This document shows, one piece after another, positions 43,224 through 51,379 of a DNA stretch of 64,000 nt. This DNA is from Candidatus Woesearchaeota archaeon (GTDB taxonomy: Archaea > Nanobdellota > Nanobdellia > Woesearchaeales > ARS49), in assembly GCA_016203225.1 (NCBI GenBank), contig JACQNC010000006.1, positions 72,552 through 136,551 of the forward strand, read 5' to 3'. Each line of letters opens with the position of its first letter. Within the stretch, counting starts at the first letter, position 1. The translations under genes and the position numbers were made by a program. The notes under the pieces are model-generated. The model had not been told where the DNA came from and ran no database searches. It saw only the letters and a list, made by a program, of their open reading frames with translations.

Positions 43224-44468
43224 TCACTTCACATAGTGGCTCTTTTTCCAAAATCTATTAGTGAGAATACTCACGAGAATAATGGTATTTAAAGCTATCG
43301 TGTAGGGGAAATAGAAGAAAATCGCGAACAAATGCAACGGCTGTAAGCGCTGTTTCGCGGTCTTCAAGGAAGCGAAAACCATCGCGGTCGTCATGATGCC
43401 GGACAGCACGCCGAACACGCTGTACAACTGCAACCCGTTCTCCGGAATCTTGGCCACGACCCACACCGGCCCGAGCAGGCTGAACCATCGTAGCAAGTAC
43501 AGCCCGAGATCGGTCATTGTCTGCGAATTGTACGGCAGCCAATAATTCACCTGATAGATGATCAACGGGAGCGAAACGAGAGCGTAGAACGACCACCAGG
43601 CCTGGTTGAGGTACAGGAAATACACCGAGGGGGATCTGCTCGAGCGCAGCAAAGCGCGGTTCTTGAACAACGCCTGGAGCGTGCCGACCCACCATCGCGA
43701 ACGCTGCCGATGCAGCTGGCGCAGGTTCGACGGCGCGACGGTCTCTCCGAGCGCGTCAGGGACGTTCAACGTGCGATAGCCCGCGCGCTTGATCTCGAGC
43801 GCGATGTCCTGGTCTTCCGCGCGCGCGTGGGGCTTGAACCCGCCGATCCCGACAAGCACCGATTTGCGGTAGCATGCGAGACTGCCGAAGAACCAGATCC
43901 CGTTGTTGAACAGCCGCGAGAAGCTGTTGGCGATCAGGTTCAGCAGGTGGTACTCAACGTTCTGGAACGCGCCGAGGATAGAACGCCGGTTGCGCACCAC
44001 GTTGTTGCCGCAGACCGCACCGACATGCCCATCCGCGAATGGCCGCACGAGATTTCTCACGCAGTCGGGCACGATCACGGTGTCGGCATCGAGCGTGAAT
44101 ACGAACGGATGAGACGCGGCCGCGACGCCTGCGTTGAGCGCGGAGACCTTTCCCTGATGGTCGAGCCGACGCACCTTGATCGCGGGGTAACCCTTCAGGA
44201 TGTCCTGCGTGCCGTCGGTCGAGCCGTCGTCGACGACGATCATCTCGAGCTTCTCAGGAGGATAGTCCTGGTTCAGGACAGATTCCACCGATGCCCTGAT
44301 GTTCGCGGACTCGTTATATGCGGGGATGACGACGCTAACCCCCGGTTCATACTGAGCGTCGTTTCGCCGCACGAATCGCGCAAATACCACCACCAGGAAT
44401 ACCGCGCAAAGGAACGCGAAGAGCACCGCGAACAACAATCCCGCGAGAGTCATGACCGCATCTTCCAT
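43224..44468 (-). CDS. membrane-integrated processive family-2 glycosyltransferase
   Basis: VIPAYNE, VVDDGSTDGT, LDADT, AEDQDIALE and RQRSRWWVG, with C-terminal TM helices. Confidence 0.8.
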   Translation of the reverse strand: MEDAVMTLAGLLFAVLFAFLCAVFLVVVFARFVRRNDAQYEPGVSVVIPAYNESANIRASVESVLNQDYPPEKLEMIVVDDGSTDGTQDILKGYPAIKVRRLDHQGKVSALNAGVAAASHPFVFTLDADTVIVPDCVRNLVRPFADGHVGAVCGNNVVRNRRSILGAFQNVEYHLLNLIANSFSRLFNNGIWFFGSLACYRKSVLVGIGGFKPHARAEDQDIALEIKRAGYRTLNVPDALGETVAPSNLRQLHRQRSRWWVGTLQALFKNRALLRSSRSPSVYFLYLNQAWWSFYALVSLPLIIYQVNYWLPYNSQTMTDLGLYLLRWFSLLGPVWVVAKIPENGLQLYSVFGVLSGIMTTAMVFASLKTAKQRLQPLHLFAIFFYFPYTIALNTIILVSILTNRFWKKSHYVK

Positions 44469-44502
44469 GGATGAACCGTCGCGAAACCGCTTTTAAACTT
44501 TC

Positions 44503-44784
44503 CTAAGCCAAGAACCACAATCCCATATTATAGCAAATCGTCTCCCAACCCGATACACAGAGTCCGAGTCCAGCCACCGAAAACAGCAGGGGGATGGCTC
44601 CGAGTATGATGCCGATGACCGCGATGGCCTTTCCGCCGTACGATTCAGGCTGCGCGCGTGCGCGGCTCAACGCCTTGATACCAAGCACCAGCGCGAGAAT
44701 GCCGAACAGGACGTTCAGCATAGGGATCCAGAACGTGAGCCCGAAAACCAAAGAAGCCCATGCCAGCGCGCGCGACTTTGCCAT
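44503..44784 (-). CDS. small membrane protein (DUF4190-like)
   Basis: Trimmed to MAKSRALAW. Two or three hydrophobic helices; 93 aa. Confidence 0.5.
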   Translation of the reverse strand: MAKSRALAWASLVFGLTFWIPMLNVLFGILALVLGIKALSRARAQPESYGGKAIAVIGIILGAIPLLFSVAGLGLCVSGWETICYNMGLWFLA

Positions 44785-44866
44785 GCATGACGCGGCTCGC
44801 CGCCGGTTTTTAAATGTTCTGCACAACAAATAAATAGCCTCGTTCGCGCCCAACCTTCGGGGCGGC

Positions 44867-46198
44867 ATGAAACAGTGGCTACTATTCTTGATACTCGCGG
44901 TCTTCTTCGCGGTCCAGATCCCGAGCGTGCTGCACCAGCATCCAGGATGGGATGAGTCAGTCTATATCGGAATCGGAAAATACCTGTTCTCTGAAGGAAC
45001 ATCCGGGCTTTACGAACCGATCAGACCATTGCTCTTGCCGGCCATAATGGGCGCGACATGGACGCTCGGCGGCGGGCTGGTCGCATCGCGGTTTCTGATG
45101 CTTGTCATAGCGCTGATCGCGATAGGCCTCGCGTGGATAGTAGGGAACGAGCTTGGCGGCGAGCCTGCGGCGTTCTGGTCTGCGCTCATCCTTGCAGCGG
45201 CGCCGGTGTTTTTCGGAGATGCGACAAGCGTCACGACGGATCTTCTTGCGGGCCTTCTCATCCTCGCGACCGCATGGCAAGCGCGGAAGAATATCCTGAT
45301 CTCAGGGATCCTTGCCGGACTCGCGTTCGCGACGAAATTCCCTGCGGGTCTCGCATTGATTTTCCCGTTGTTGGCATCGCGCATGGATGCGAGGAAGATT
45401 GGCGCGGCGCTCGCAGGATTCGCGCTCATCGTGCTGCCTTACCTCGCCGCGAATGCCGTGCTTGAAGGAGATCCTTTCGAGCCGCTGCTTCTTGCGTCAC
45501 GACATGCCGGCAACCGAGCGTACGCGGTCCCGGGACTGCTGCAGAACCTCTCGTTCTATCCCTTAGCACTCTTGGGAGCAAGCCCTTTGCTCGTGTTCGC
45601 GCTGCTCGGGCTCGCATCGACACGGCGACGCGCGTTGCAGTTCGGCACGCTGGTCGTAATCGCGTATTTCGTGCTCATCGACAACAAGCAGCCCAGGTTC
45701 GCGCTGCTGTTCCTGCCATTGCTCGCGGTGTTCGCTGGCGCCGGAATTGTTTATTGCCGCGAACACGCAAAACGGACCGCCACCATCCTGCTTATCGCGG
45801 GATTGGCGATTACAATAATCAACGACGCCCCTCTTGCGAACGATTTCGGAGAACGCCCCGATATCGAAGGATTCGAGGTCGCGGCAAGGTATGGGACTGT
45901 GCTCACGGCAGACCCCCGGTTCTCGGCGTACCACGACAACCGCGCGCTGCCGATGTATTATCTGCCGTTCGATGTAATGAACGCGACTACAGCGTACGAC
46001 CTCGGAGCGCCCATCGCAGGAGCGGCTATATTCCGCGAGGACTCGTTCGCATGCGAGAAGTTCAAGGCAGAATGGTGCTCTGCGCTTGTCGACTCACTCA
46101 AATCACGGCTCGAAAAACATCCAATCGCGCACATGGACGGCGTCGTCGTGTATCAACTCACCGGAGAGATTCCGGCGTCAGCCACGAAAGGCATTTAA
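44867..46198 (+). CDS. GT-C fold glycosyltransferase (PMT/ArnT, GT39-like)
   Basis: 443 aa with more than 10 TM segments. The first loop, HQHPGWDESVYIG, contains an acidic DE motif typical of the dolichyl/undecaprenyl-phosphate-sugar transferase family. Confidence 0.6.
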   Translation: MKQWLLFLILAVFFAVQIPSVLHQHPGWDESVYIGIGKYLFSEGTSGLYEPIRPLLLPAIMGATWTLGGGLVASRFLMLVIALIAIGLAWIVGNELGGEPAAFWSALILAAAPVFFGDATSVTTDLLAGLLILATAWQARKNILISGILAGLAFATKFPAGLALIFPLLASRMDARKIGAALAGFALIVLPYLAANAVLEGDPFEPLLLASRHAGNRAYAVPGLLQNLSFYPLALLGASPLLVFALLGLASTRRRALQFGTLVVIAYFVLIDNKQPRFALLFLPLLAVFAGAGIVYCREHAKRTATILLIAGLAITIINDAPLANDFGERPDIEGFEVAARYGTVLTADPRFSAYHDNRALPMYYLPFDVMNATTAYDLGAPIAGAAIFREDSFACEKFKAEWCSALVDSLKSRLEKHPIAHMDGVVVYQLTGEIPASATKGI

Positions 46199-46221
46199 AC
46201 GCGGTTCTGCCGAAAAACCCC

Positions 46222-46935
46222 ATGGATTCACGTATTCCGACAGGTTGCGGCGTGCTGGACAAACTCCTCAGCGGCGGCCTTGATGCGGACTGCATCACCA
46301 CGATATATGGCCCCGCTGGCTCTGGCAAGACAAACCTGGCGTTGATCGCCGCGGTCACCGCCACGCTGCGTGGCAAAAAGGTAATCTACATGGACACCGA
46401 AGGTGGGTTCTCTGTCGAACGCCTGAAGCAGCTCTGCAAAGACCATGCGCATGTGCTCGAGAACGTTCTTTTCTTGCGGCCCACGACGTTCCAGGAACAG
46501 GTCGAGGCGTTCACCAGACTCAGATCACTCGTGACCGCCAAGATCGGCCTGATCGTGGTAGACAGCATCAGCATGCTATACCGTCTCGAGCTCGGCAGCA
46601 GCGAGGAAGCATACGATGTCAACCGCGCATTGGGGAAGCAGCTCGCGGCGCTCACGGAGATAGCGCGCAAGAAAAGCATCCCAGTCATCCTTACGAACCA
46701 GGTCTACTCGTCATTCGATGAGCGCGAGAAGGTCAACATGGTCGGCGGCGACCTGTTGCGGTACGGCAGCAAGTGCCTGGTCGAACTGCAGATCACGCCG
46801 TCGAACAAGCGCCGCGCGATCCTGCGCAAACACCGTAGCCTCGCACCCGACATAGAGACCGTGTTCCAGATCGTCGGGACCGGGATTGTCGAAGCGAAAG
46901 AGAGCAGAGGGTTCAATTTGTTCAGGAAAGAGTAA
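46222..46935 (+). CDS. radB: RadB recombinase paralog
   Basis: Trimmed to MDSRIPTGCGVLDKLLSGGL. Walker A is GPAGSGKTN. It has no N-terminal HhH domain and is 237 aa. The track's 5' extension overlaps the preceding gene. Confidence 0.85.
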   Translation: MDSRIPTGCGVLDKLLSGGLDADCITTIYGPAGSGKTNLALIAAVTATLRGKKVIYMDTEGGFSVERLKQLCKDHAHVLENVLFLRPTTFQEQVEAFTRLRSLVTAKIGLIVVDSISMLYRLELGSSEEAYDVNRALGKQLAALTEIARKKSIPVILTNQVYSSFDEREKVNMVGGDLLRYGSKCLVELQITPSNKRRAILRKHRSLAPDIETVFQIVGTGIVEAKESRGFNLFRKE

Positions 46936-46956
46936 TCTTCTAAGCGACATTTGAGA

Positions 46957-47916
46957 TCAGGATGATGGGATCGCGAGGAATTTAGCGCTATAATACTCGG
47001 ACGCATCCTTGAACACAGTCAAGAACCCTCTTCGAACCTGGTAGCTCTCATAAACGCATCGTTTGGCTCTTTCCTCAGGCAAGTAGCCTTCTTCGACAAA
47101 GTATGAATACTCCTGCGGACCTGTGCCGTACACCCAGCACATGATGTTGTAATACCTTTGCTTGTCCAAACCGTGCTCGTCGTAAAACGCGAGGCTCGAC
47201 AATTCATCATCTGAACCAAGGAAGAACCACTTGGCCGCATTGATGCTTTTCTCGTTCTTTGTCAGGTTATCTTCCGGGTATAGATCGGTCAGTACGATGT
47301 AGAAAAAGTAGTCCAAGGAGAATGCGAACTGGTCTGCAACGTCCTCCTCTCTCCCAGTTATTGGAACGTCGTTAAGGTCTATGTACGCGTGCCCTTCCTC
47401 GTGCTGCAGTATGAATTGCACCGTGGAATACACCGCGGACCACACCCGCGGGTCCAAAGGCGTCACATTGCTTCCATATTCCTGGCGGATAATCGGATAA
47501 AACGTTCTGGCAGCATCGTAAGCCAACTCTTCGCACACGACTATGGTCCTATCGCGAGGGCTGTAGAACGCATTGGCCTGGCCGCACTCCTCGACCTTAA
47601 CGTCGTACTGATAGTCTGTGTGAACCGTTTTCCTTGTCTCGTTACGGACAAATTTCGACGTTTTGTAGTAATCCTTGTAAATCTGGCTGTCGGGCCCGCT
47701 GTCAAACTCCGCGTATGGGTCGAATGTGACAGTATCATCGACAGTATAGTTCTCAACAGCATCAGCGTCTGTATCACCGCTCTGCGCCGTAATGAATATC
47801 ACGATAACTAGGAAAATTGACAGCGAGAAAATGATGACACCAATCCCGATAATCACGAAAAGAGTTATGGCCCACCATCGCTTATACCACGATGTAGAGC
47901 CGGTGTCTCGCGCCAT
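46957..47916 (-). CDS. membrane-anchored putative zinc metallopeptidase (DUF4344-like)
   Basis: N-terminal TM helix, an HEEGH (HExxH) motif, and a Tyr/Asp-rich ectodomain. It is visibly more AT-rich than its neighbours. A TATA-like box lies about 25 nt upstream of the ATG. Confidence 0.55.
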   Translation of the reverse strand: MARDTGSTSWYKRWWAITLFVIIGIGVIIFSLSIFLVIVIFITAQSGDTDADAVENYTVDDTVTFDPYAEFDSGPDSQIYKDYYKTSKFVRNETRKTVHTDYQYDVKVEECGQANAFYSPRDRTIVVCEELAYDAARTFYPIIRQEYGSNVTPLDPRVWSAVYSTVQFILQHEEGHAYIDLNDVPITGREEDVADQFAFSLDYFFYIVLTDLYPEDNLTKNEKSINAAKWFFLGSDDELSSLAFYDEHGLDKQRYYNIMCWVYGTGPQEYSYFVEEGYLPEERAKRCVYESYQVRRGFLTVFKDASEYYSAKFLAIPSS

Positions 47917-47979
47917 TTCACCTTTGGATGGAGCTATCGTTTAAATAACTTCCCGGGGTTCGAAACGTGCACGCCGGAG

Positions 47980-48582
47980 CTACTCTTCCGTGAATTCCTC
48001 TACAGTGAACGGCGGTTCCGCGTCCTTGGCGATCACGCCGCGGTTACGTACGTACTCGCGCGCGAGGATGTAGAACAGCAATCCGAGCGACTTCTTTCCC
48101 TTGTTGTTGCACGGCACGACGAGGTCGATCTCGTTCGCCTGGTTGTTCGTGTCGCAAAGCGCGATCACGGGGATGCCGATGTGCATGGCGTCCTTGATCG
48201 CGTTCCTGTCAGGCCACGCGTCGGTGACGAGGATGCACTTGACCTCCATGAAGGTATCGAGCGCGGGGTTAGTCAGGATGCCCGGAGGATAACGTCCGGC
48301 GAACGTCCTCGAGCCGGTGTGCTTGCCGAACGCCTTAACTGCCTTCCAGCCGTTCTCGCGGCGCGAGACAACGAGAACGTCGTTAGGCGCGAACTGCGCC
48401 AAGAACTGGCCCGCCAGCCTGAGACGCTCATCGATCTTCTGCAGGTTCAGCACGCTCAATCCGTCAGGGCGCGTCTTGTAGATGAACGGCTCCATGTATT
48501 TCGTCCGGAACTTGGTGCCGATGTGGATGCCTGCCTTGAGATACTGGTCCTGCGGGACCAAAAACTGGGATGTTTCTGTCAT
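47980..48582 (-). CDS. rps2: 30S ribosomal protein uS2
   Basis: LKAGIHIGTKFRTKYMEPFIYKTRPDGLSVLNLQKIDERL; archaeal length (200 aa). Confidence 0.9.
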   Translation of the reverse strand: MTETSQFLVPQDQYLKAGIHIGTKFRTKYMEPFIYKTRPDGLSVLNLQKIDERLRLAGQFLAQFAPNDVLVVSRRENGWKAVKAFGKHTGSRTFAGRYPPGILTNPALDTFMEVKCILVTDAWPDRNAIKDAMHIGIPVIALCDTNNQANEIDLVVPCNNKGKKSLGLLFYILAREYVRNRGVIAKDAEPPFTVEEFTEE

Positions 48583-48696
48583 TTTTTCTCTCCGTTACTC
48601 AACAGTCGTCCGTGCTTTTTCTTACCTCACACGGCGCTTGCCAACGCCGAGCAGGCGTTGACGGTTGGTCTTATCGTAGAAACGCCCGAAGGGGCT

Positions 48697-49242
48697 TTAT
48701 AAAGATTTCGCAGGAAACGCCCTGAGTGTCTCATAGCGGTGCCCTTCTTCGCCGCCGATGCTGCGTATGAGCTTGAACTCCTGCACGTAGAACTCACGGG
48801 GCTCGAGCCTCACACCGTTCACGAGATCAAGGAATGCCGTGAGCGCACGGATGCGCTTGACGCGCGCGAACGTGACGTGCGGCGAATAATCGGGGTAATC
48901 TTTCTTCACTTCGGGCGTGAGCTTGTCGATCTCTTCCGCGAGCTTGATGAACGATTCTACTGGTTCCACGCCGCCCCAAACGACGCGCGTCTCATACCCT
49001 TCGCCAAAAGTCCCTATCTGTGACAGTCTCCCCTTGAATGGGCGGAATATCACGTTGGAAAGCCTGCGCTCCAGGTCCTGAATCTTGTCCTCGGGATACT
49101 CGCCGAGGAACTTCAGAGTGAGGTGATATTGCTGTGCGACAGCCACGATGGCCGAATCGCTTTTCAGACGCTCGCCGACAGCTCCCAGATACAGTTTCAA
49201 CGCATCCGGGAAGTCAATCGCCACAAACAGCCGCATATGCAA
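48697..49242 (-). CDS. thpR: RNA 2',3'-cyclic phosphodiesterase (2H family, ThpR/LigT)
   Basis: Two H-x-T/S-x motifs, HLTLKF and HVTFAR. The start is either MHM (49242) or MRLFVAI (49236). Confidence 0.8.
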   Translation of the reverse strand: MHMRLFVAIDFPDALKLYLGAVGERLKSDSAIVAVAQQYHLTLKFLGEYPEDKIQDLERRLSNVIFRPFKGRLSQIGTFGEGYETRVVWGGVEPVESFIKLAEEIDKLTPEVKKDYPDYSPHVTFARVKRIRALTAFLDLVNGVRLEPREFYVQEFKLIRSIGGEEGHRYETLRAFPAKSL

Positions 49243-49261
49243 TCATGGACACCGCGAGAAT

Positions 49262-49290
49262 AAAAACGTTGTCAAAAACAAAAACAAAAA
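49262..49290 (-). terminator. oligo-T tracts downstream of the TRAM gene
   Basis: The minus strand reads tttttgtttttgtttttgacaacgttttta, starting 9 nt after the TAG. Archaeal termination typically occurs at such T runs. Confidence 0.4.
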
Positions 49291-49298
49291 GAGAAGGT

Positions 49299-49733
49299 CT
49301 ATTGCTGGTTGTCTTCGCCGAAATCCTCAGAATCCCCTTGCGATTCCTCGGCAGGGGCTTCCTCAGACGAACCTTCAGCAGGCGCTTCCTCGGACGAACC
49401 TTCTGCAGGAGCCTCTTCCGAGCCTTCTGCGGGCGCGCTGCCTGCGCTGCCGACAACTTCGGCAAATCCGACCTTGCGCAACACTTTCGTCACGCGGATG
49501 CGGACCTTCTGGCCTTCCTTGACGCCAGGCACGAACAGCACGAAACCGTTCTTCTTCGCCAGGCCGTCGCCCTTCTCGCCCACGGCTTCGATGGTGACTT
49601 CCATCTCTTCACCGACCTTCACGGGCGCCGTTGTCTGCTGCATTGGTCGCGAGCCGTAGCCGCCACCGCTGCCTCCATAACCGCCGCCACCGCCTTCACG
49701 GTGGCCGCCACCATATCCACGATTTCCGTACAT
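49299..49733 (-). CDS. TRAM-domain protein with a Gly/Arg-rich N-terminus and an acidic repeat tail
   Basis: The N-terminus is MYGNRGYGGGHREGGGGGYGGSGGGYGS. The TRAM-like core is VKVGEEMEVTIEAVGEKGDGLAKKNGFVLFVPGVKEGQKVRIRVTKV. The tail is (APAEGSSEE)n. Confidence 0.7.
   Translation of the reverse strand: MYGNRGYGGGHREGGGGGYGGSGGGYGSRPMQQTTAPVKVGEEMEVTIEAVGEKGDGLAKKNGFVLFVPGVKEGQKVRIRVTKVLRKVGFAEVVGSAGSAPAEGSEEAPAEGSSEEAPAEGSSEEAPAEESQGDSEDFGEDNQQ
49357..49434. repeat. 27-nt tandem coding repeat (2 good copies and 1 degenerate)
   Basis: The units are gcttcctcagacgaaccttcagcaggc, gcttcctcggacgaaccttctgcagga and gcctcttccgagccttctgcgggc. They encode the APAEGSSEE units of the TRAM protein tail. 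Confidence 0.8.
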
Positions 49734-49828
49734 AGTTCATTCACCTTTCATTGGTACAAGAACAAGCCTCATACCTGCCCTTTTCCAGTCTTGTCGCTAT
49801 TTAAACCTTATGCCCGCGTCGTGCACCC

Positions 49829-50830
49829 TCAAACGTCGATGACGCCCTTGCCCTCGTCGATCTGGAAGACAGCTTCGCTCTCCGCGAGGTTGGGCGCGTC
49901 GATCATCTTGGCGACACGTGAACCCTTCTTGCCACGTCGGAGATAGACTCGGTACGTGCTGTTGTGCGCGACCACGTGGCCGCCGACAGCCTCGGTCGGA
50001 TCGCCGAAGAACATGTCCGGTTTGACCATGACTTGGTTCGTTACGTAGACCGCGAAATTGTACTTCTCCGCGAGCTTCATCAAGACGTGCATGTGCTTGT
50101 TGATGCGCTGTTGGCGATCAGCGAGCGTGCCGCGACCGACGAACTCCGCACGGAAGTGCGCGGTGAGAGAGTCGACGATCAACAGCTTGACGTTCATGCC
50201 CTGCTTCTTGATGAGATCCTCGACCTTCTCCGCAAGCAGCATCTGATGGTCGCTGTTGAAGGCGCGCGCGACCTTGATGTTCTTCAACGTCGCCTCGGGA
50301 TCGAGGCCGTTGCCCTTCGCGATCTGCACTATGCGTTCAGGACGGAACGTGCCTTCCGTGTCGATGAAGACCACAGAACCGTTCGCGCCACCCTTGTCGG
50401 TCGGCAACTGCGCGCGCACGGCGAGCGTGTGCGCGATCTGCGACTTACCGGAACCGTACTGGCCATACGCCTCCGTGATCGCCGCGGTCTCGAACCCGCC
50501 GCCCATCAGCTTGTCCAGCTCCTTCGAGCCGGTCGTGATCTTGATCATCTGCTCGCGGCGACGCATCATCTCATCGCCCGACGCGAAGTCCATCTCGAGG
50601 TTCGCGCGCGCGATCGCGATGACCTTCTTCGCGGTCGCCTCGGACATCTCTGTCGCGCCGATGATCTCGCCCGGCGTGGCCACGGCGACACTCATCAAGT
50701 CAGCGAAACCGGCTGTTTCGAGCTTCTCGATCGTCGCAGGCCCGATGCCGGGCAGGTCCGCGATGCCGGTGATCTTCTTAACGACCTTCGGTTCTTCCAT
50801 CTCCAACTCAAGTTCTTGTCTCATCTTCAT
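49829..50830 (-). CDS. radA: RadA recombinase
   Basis: An N-terminal HhH region ([17 protein letters not shown]) is followed by a RecA core with Walker [15 protein letters not shown] lies upstream of the ATG. Confidence 0.92.
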   Translation of the reverse strand: MKMRQELELEMEEPKVVKKITGIADLPGIGPATIEKLETAGFADLMSVAVATPGEIIGATEMSEATAKKVIAIARANLEMDFASGDEMMRRREQMIKITTGSKELDKLMGGGFETAAITEAYGQYGSGKSQIAHTLAVRAQLPTDKGGANGSVVFIDTEGTFRPERIVQIAKGNGLDPEATLKNIKVARAFNSDHQMLLAEKVEDLIKKQGMNVKLLIVDSLTAHFRAEFVGRGTLADRQQRINKHMHVLMKLAEKYNFAVYVTNQVMVKPDMFFGDPTEAVGGHVVAHNSTYRVYLRRGKKGSRVAKMIDAPNLAESEAVFQIDEGKGVIDV

Positions 50831-50857
50831 TCCTCCTTTCGATGCTTGTAGTGAAAA

Positions 50858-50882
50858 CGAAGAGGCCTAAACGGCCTCTTCG
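50858..50882 (-). terminator. 10-bp GC-rich hairpin followed by UUUUC, between the upstream ORF and radA
   Basis: cgaagaggcc-taaac-ggcctcttcg. The TAG stop of ORF 50867..51208 lies in the loop, and the minus strand continues ttttcac. The radA ATG is 28 nt downstream of the hairpin base. Confidence 0.4.
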
Positions 50883-51208
50883 GTGATGTGCGGTTCAACG
50901 CGAACGCGGGCGTTCGCGTGAACATCAGAGCCTTCAGGCTCTGATTGTTCCTCTTCGGTGAGGTCGCTCAATGCCAGGTATTCGTACGCCTTCTGCAAGA
51001 CGACGACCGCCTTGGGCACGTCCTGCTTGTTCAACGACTTCGTCGTCTTCCAAGCGCCATCCTTGTCCTTGTAGCTCTTCTCGAACGAGACCGAGCTGAA
51101 GGTCCTGGGCTGGCCGTCCTTGCCCGTGGCCTGGTTGGTCCACACCGTCGCAGAGATGGTCCCTGCGCGGAATTTCGCGTCTGGTTTCTTGTCGCTCATT
51201 TCTATCAC
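50867..51208 (-). CDS. hypothetical protein, possibly a PC4/YdbC-like ssDNA-binding fold, with an acidic tail
   Basis: 113 aa. The pattern FRAGTISATVWTN...FSSVSFEKSYKDKDGAWKTTKSL...VVVLQKAYEYL loosely recalls PC4-like domains. The assignment is weak. Confidence 0.5.
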   Translation of the reverse strand: MIEMSDKKPDAKFRAGTISATVWTNQATGKDGQPRTFSSVSFEKSYKDKDGAWKTTKSLNKQDVPKAVVVLQKAYEYLALSDLTEEEQSEPEGSDVHANARVRVEPHITEEAV

Positions 51209-51252
51209 CCGACATCACCGGCGTTTCCATCGTTCAAATGTGTTGCGCAGAT

Positions 51253-51310
51253 TTTTTCGGAAGCCTTCCGAAAAATCCGGACAGCTTCCGACGTTTTCCG
51301 GAATTCTTCC
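51253..51310. promoter_or_regulatory. cluster of TTCCG-based palindromes in the leader of the ORF-radA unit
   Basis: A 23-nt near-perfect palindrome, tttttcggaag-c-cttccgaaaaa, spans 51253-51275. It is followed by tccgga, cttccg and ttccggaa (51296-51303). A TATA-like box tatttaaa (minus strand) is at 51336-51343. Confidence 0.45.
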
Positions 51311-51379
51311 ATGTCGTTGAATGTTACTTGAGCGGTTTAAATAGTTCAGGAAGGTCTGTGTCCAGTGTCCACTGAGCGT

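Noticed and set aside
41879-44468. PilZ-type c-di-GMP receptor domain fused to the GT2 synthases, as in BcsA
   Set aside because: Both proteins end in TM helices shortly after the QxxRW motif. There is no RxxxR...[DN]xSxxG pattern and no extra C-terminal soluble domain.
45754-46221. 156-codon N-terminal extension of the radB ORF. Similar 5' extensions occur on adk (to 3285), glyS (to 31229), the ABC-2 permease (to 40398), the pilin genes (to 55785, 58130 and 61521) and tag (from 3869).
   Set aside because: The extensions overlap the preceding gene or a tRNA and are Arg/Pro-rich. In each case an internal ATG gives the conserved family N-terminus and a 1- or 4-nt coupling overlap or an SD.
48583-48696. 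Possible regulatory leader of the uS2 gene (7-bp hairpin caacgcc-tgctc-ggcgttg downstream of a TATA-like ctttataaag)
   Set aside because: It is a single short hairpin with no recognisable mimic of an rRNA binding site. It is plausible, but too weak to report as a finding without conservation data.
49134-49946. 270-aa plus-strand ORF spanning the thpR / TRAM / radA-end region
   Set aside because: It crosses two intergenic regions and is antisense to three minus-strand genes. Its product is Arg/Ala/Leu-rich with no motifs.
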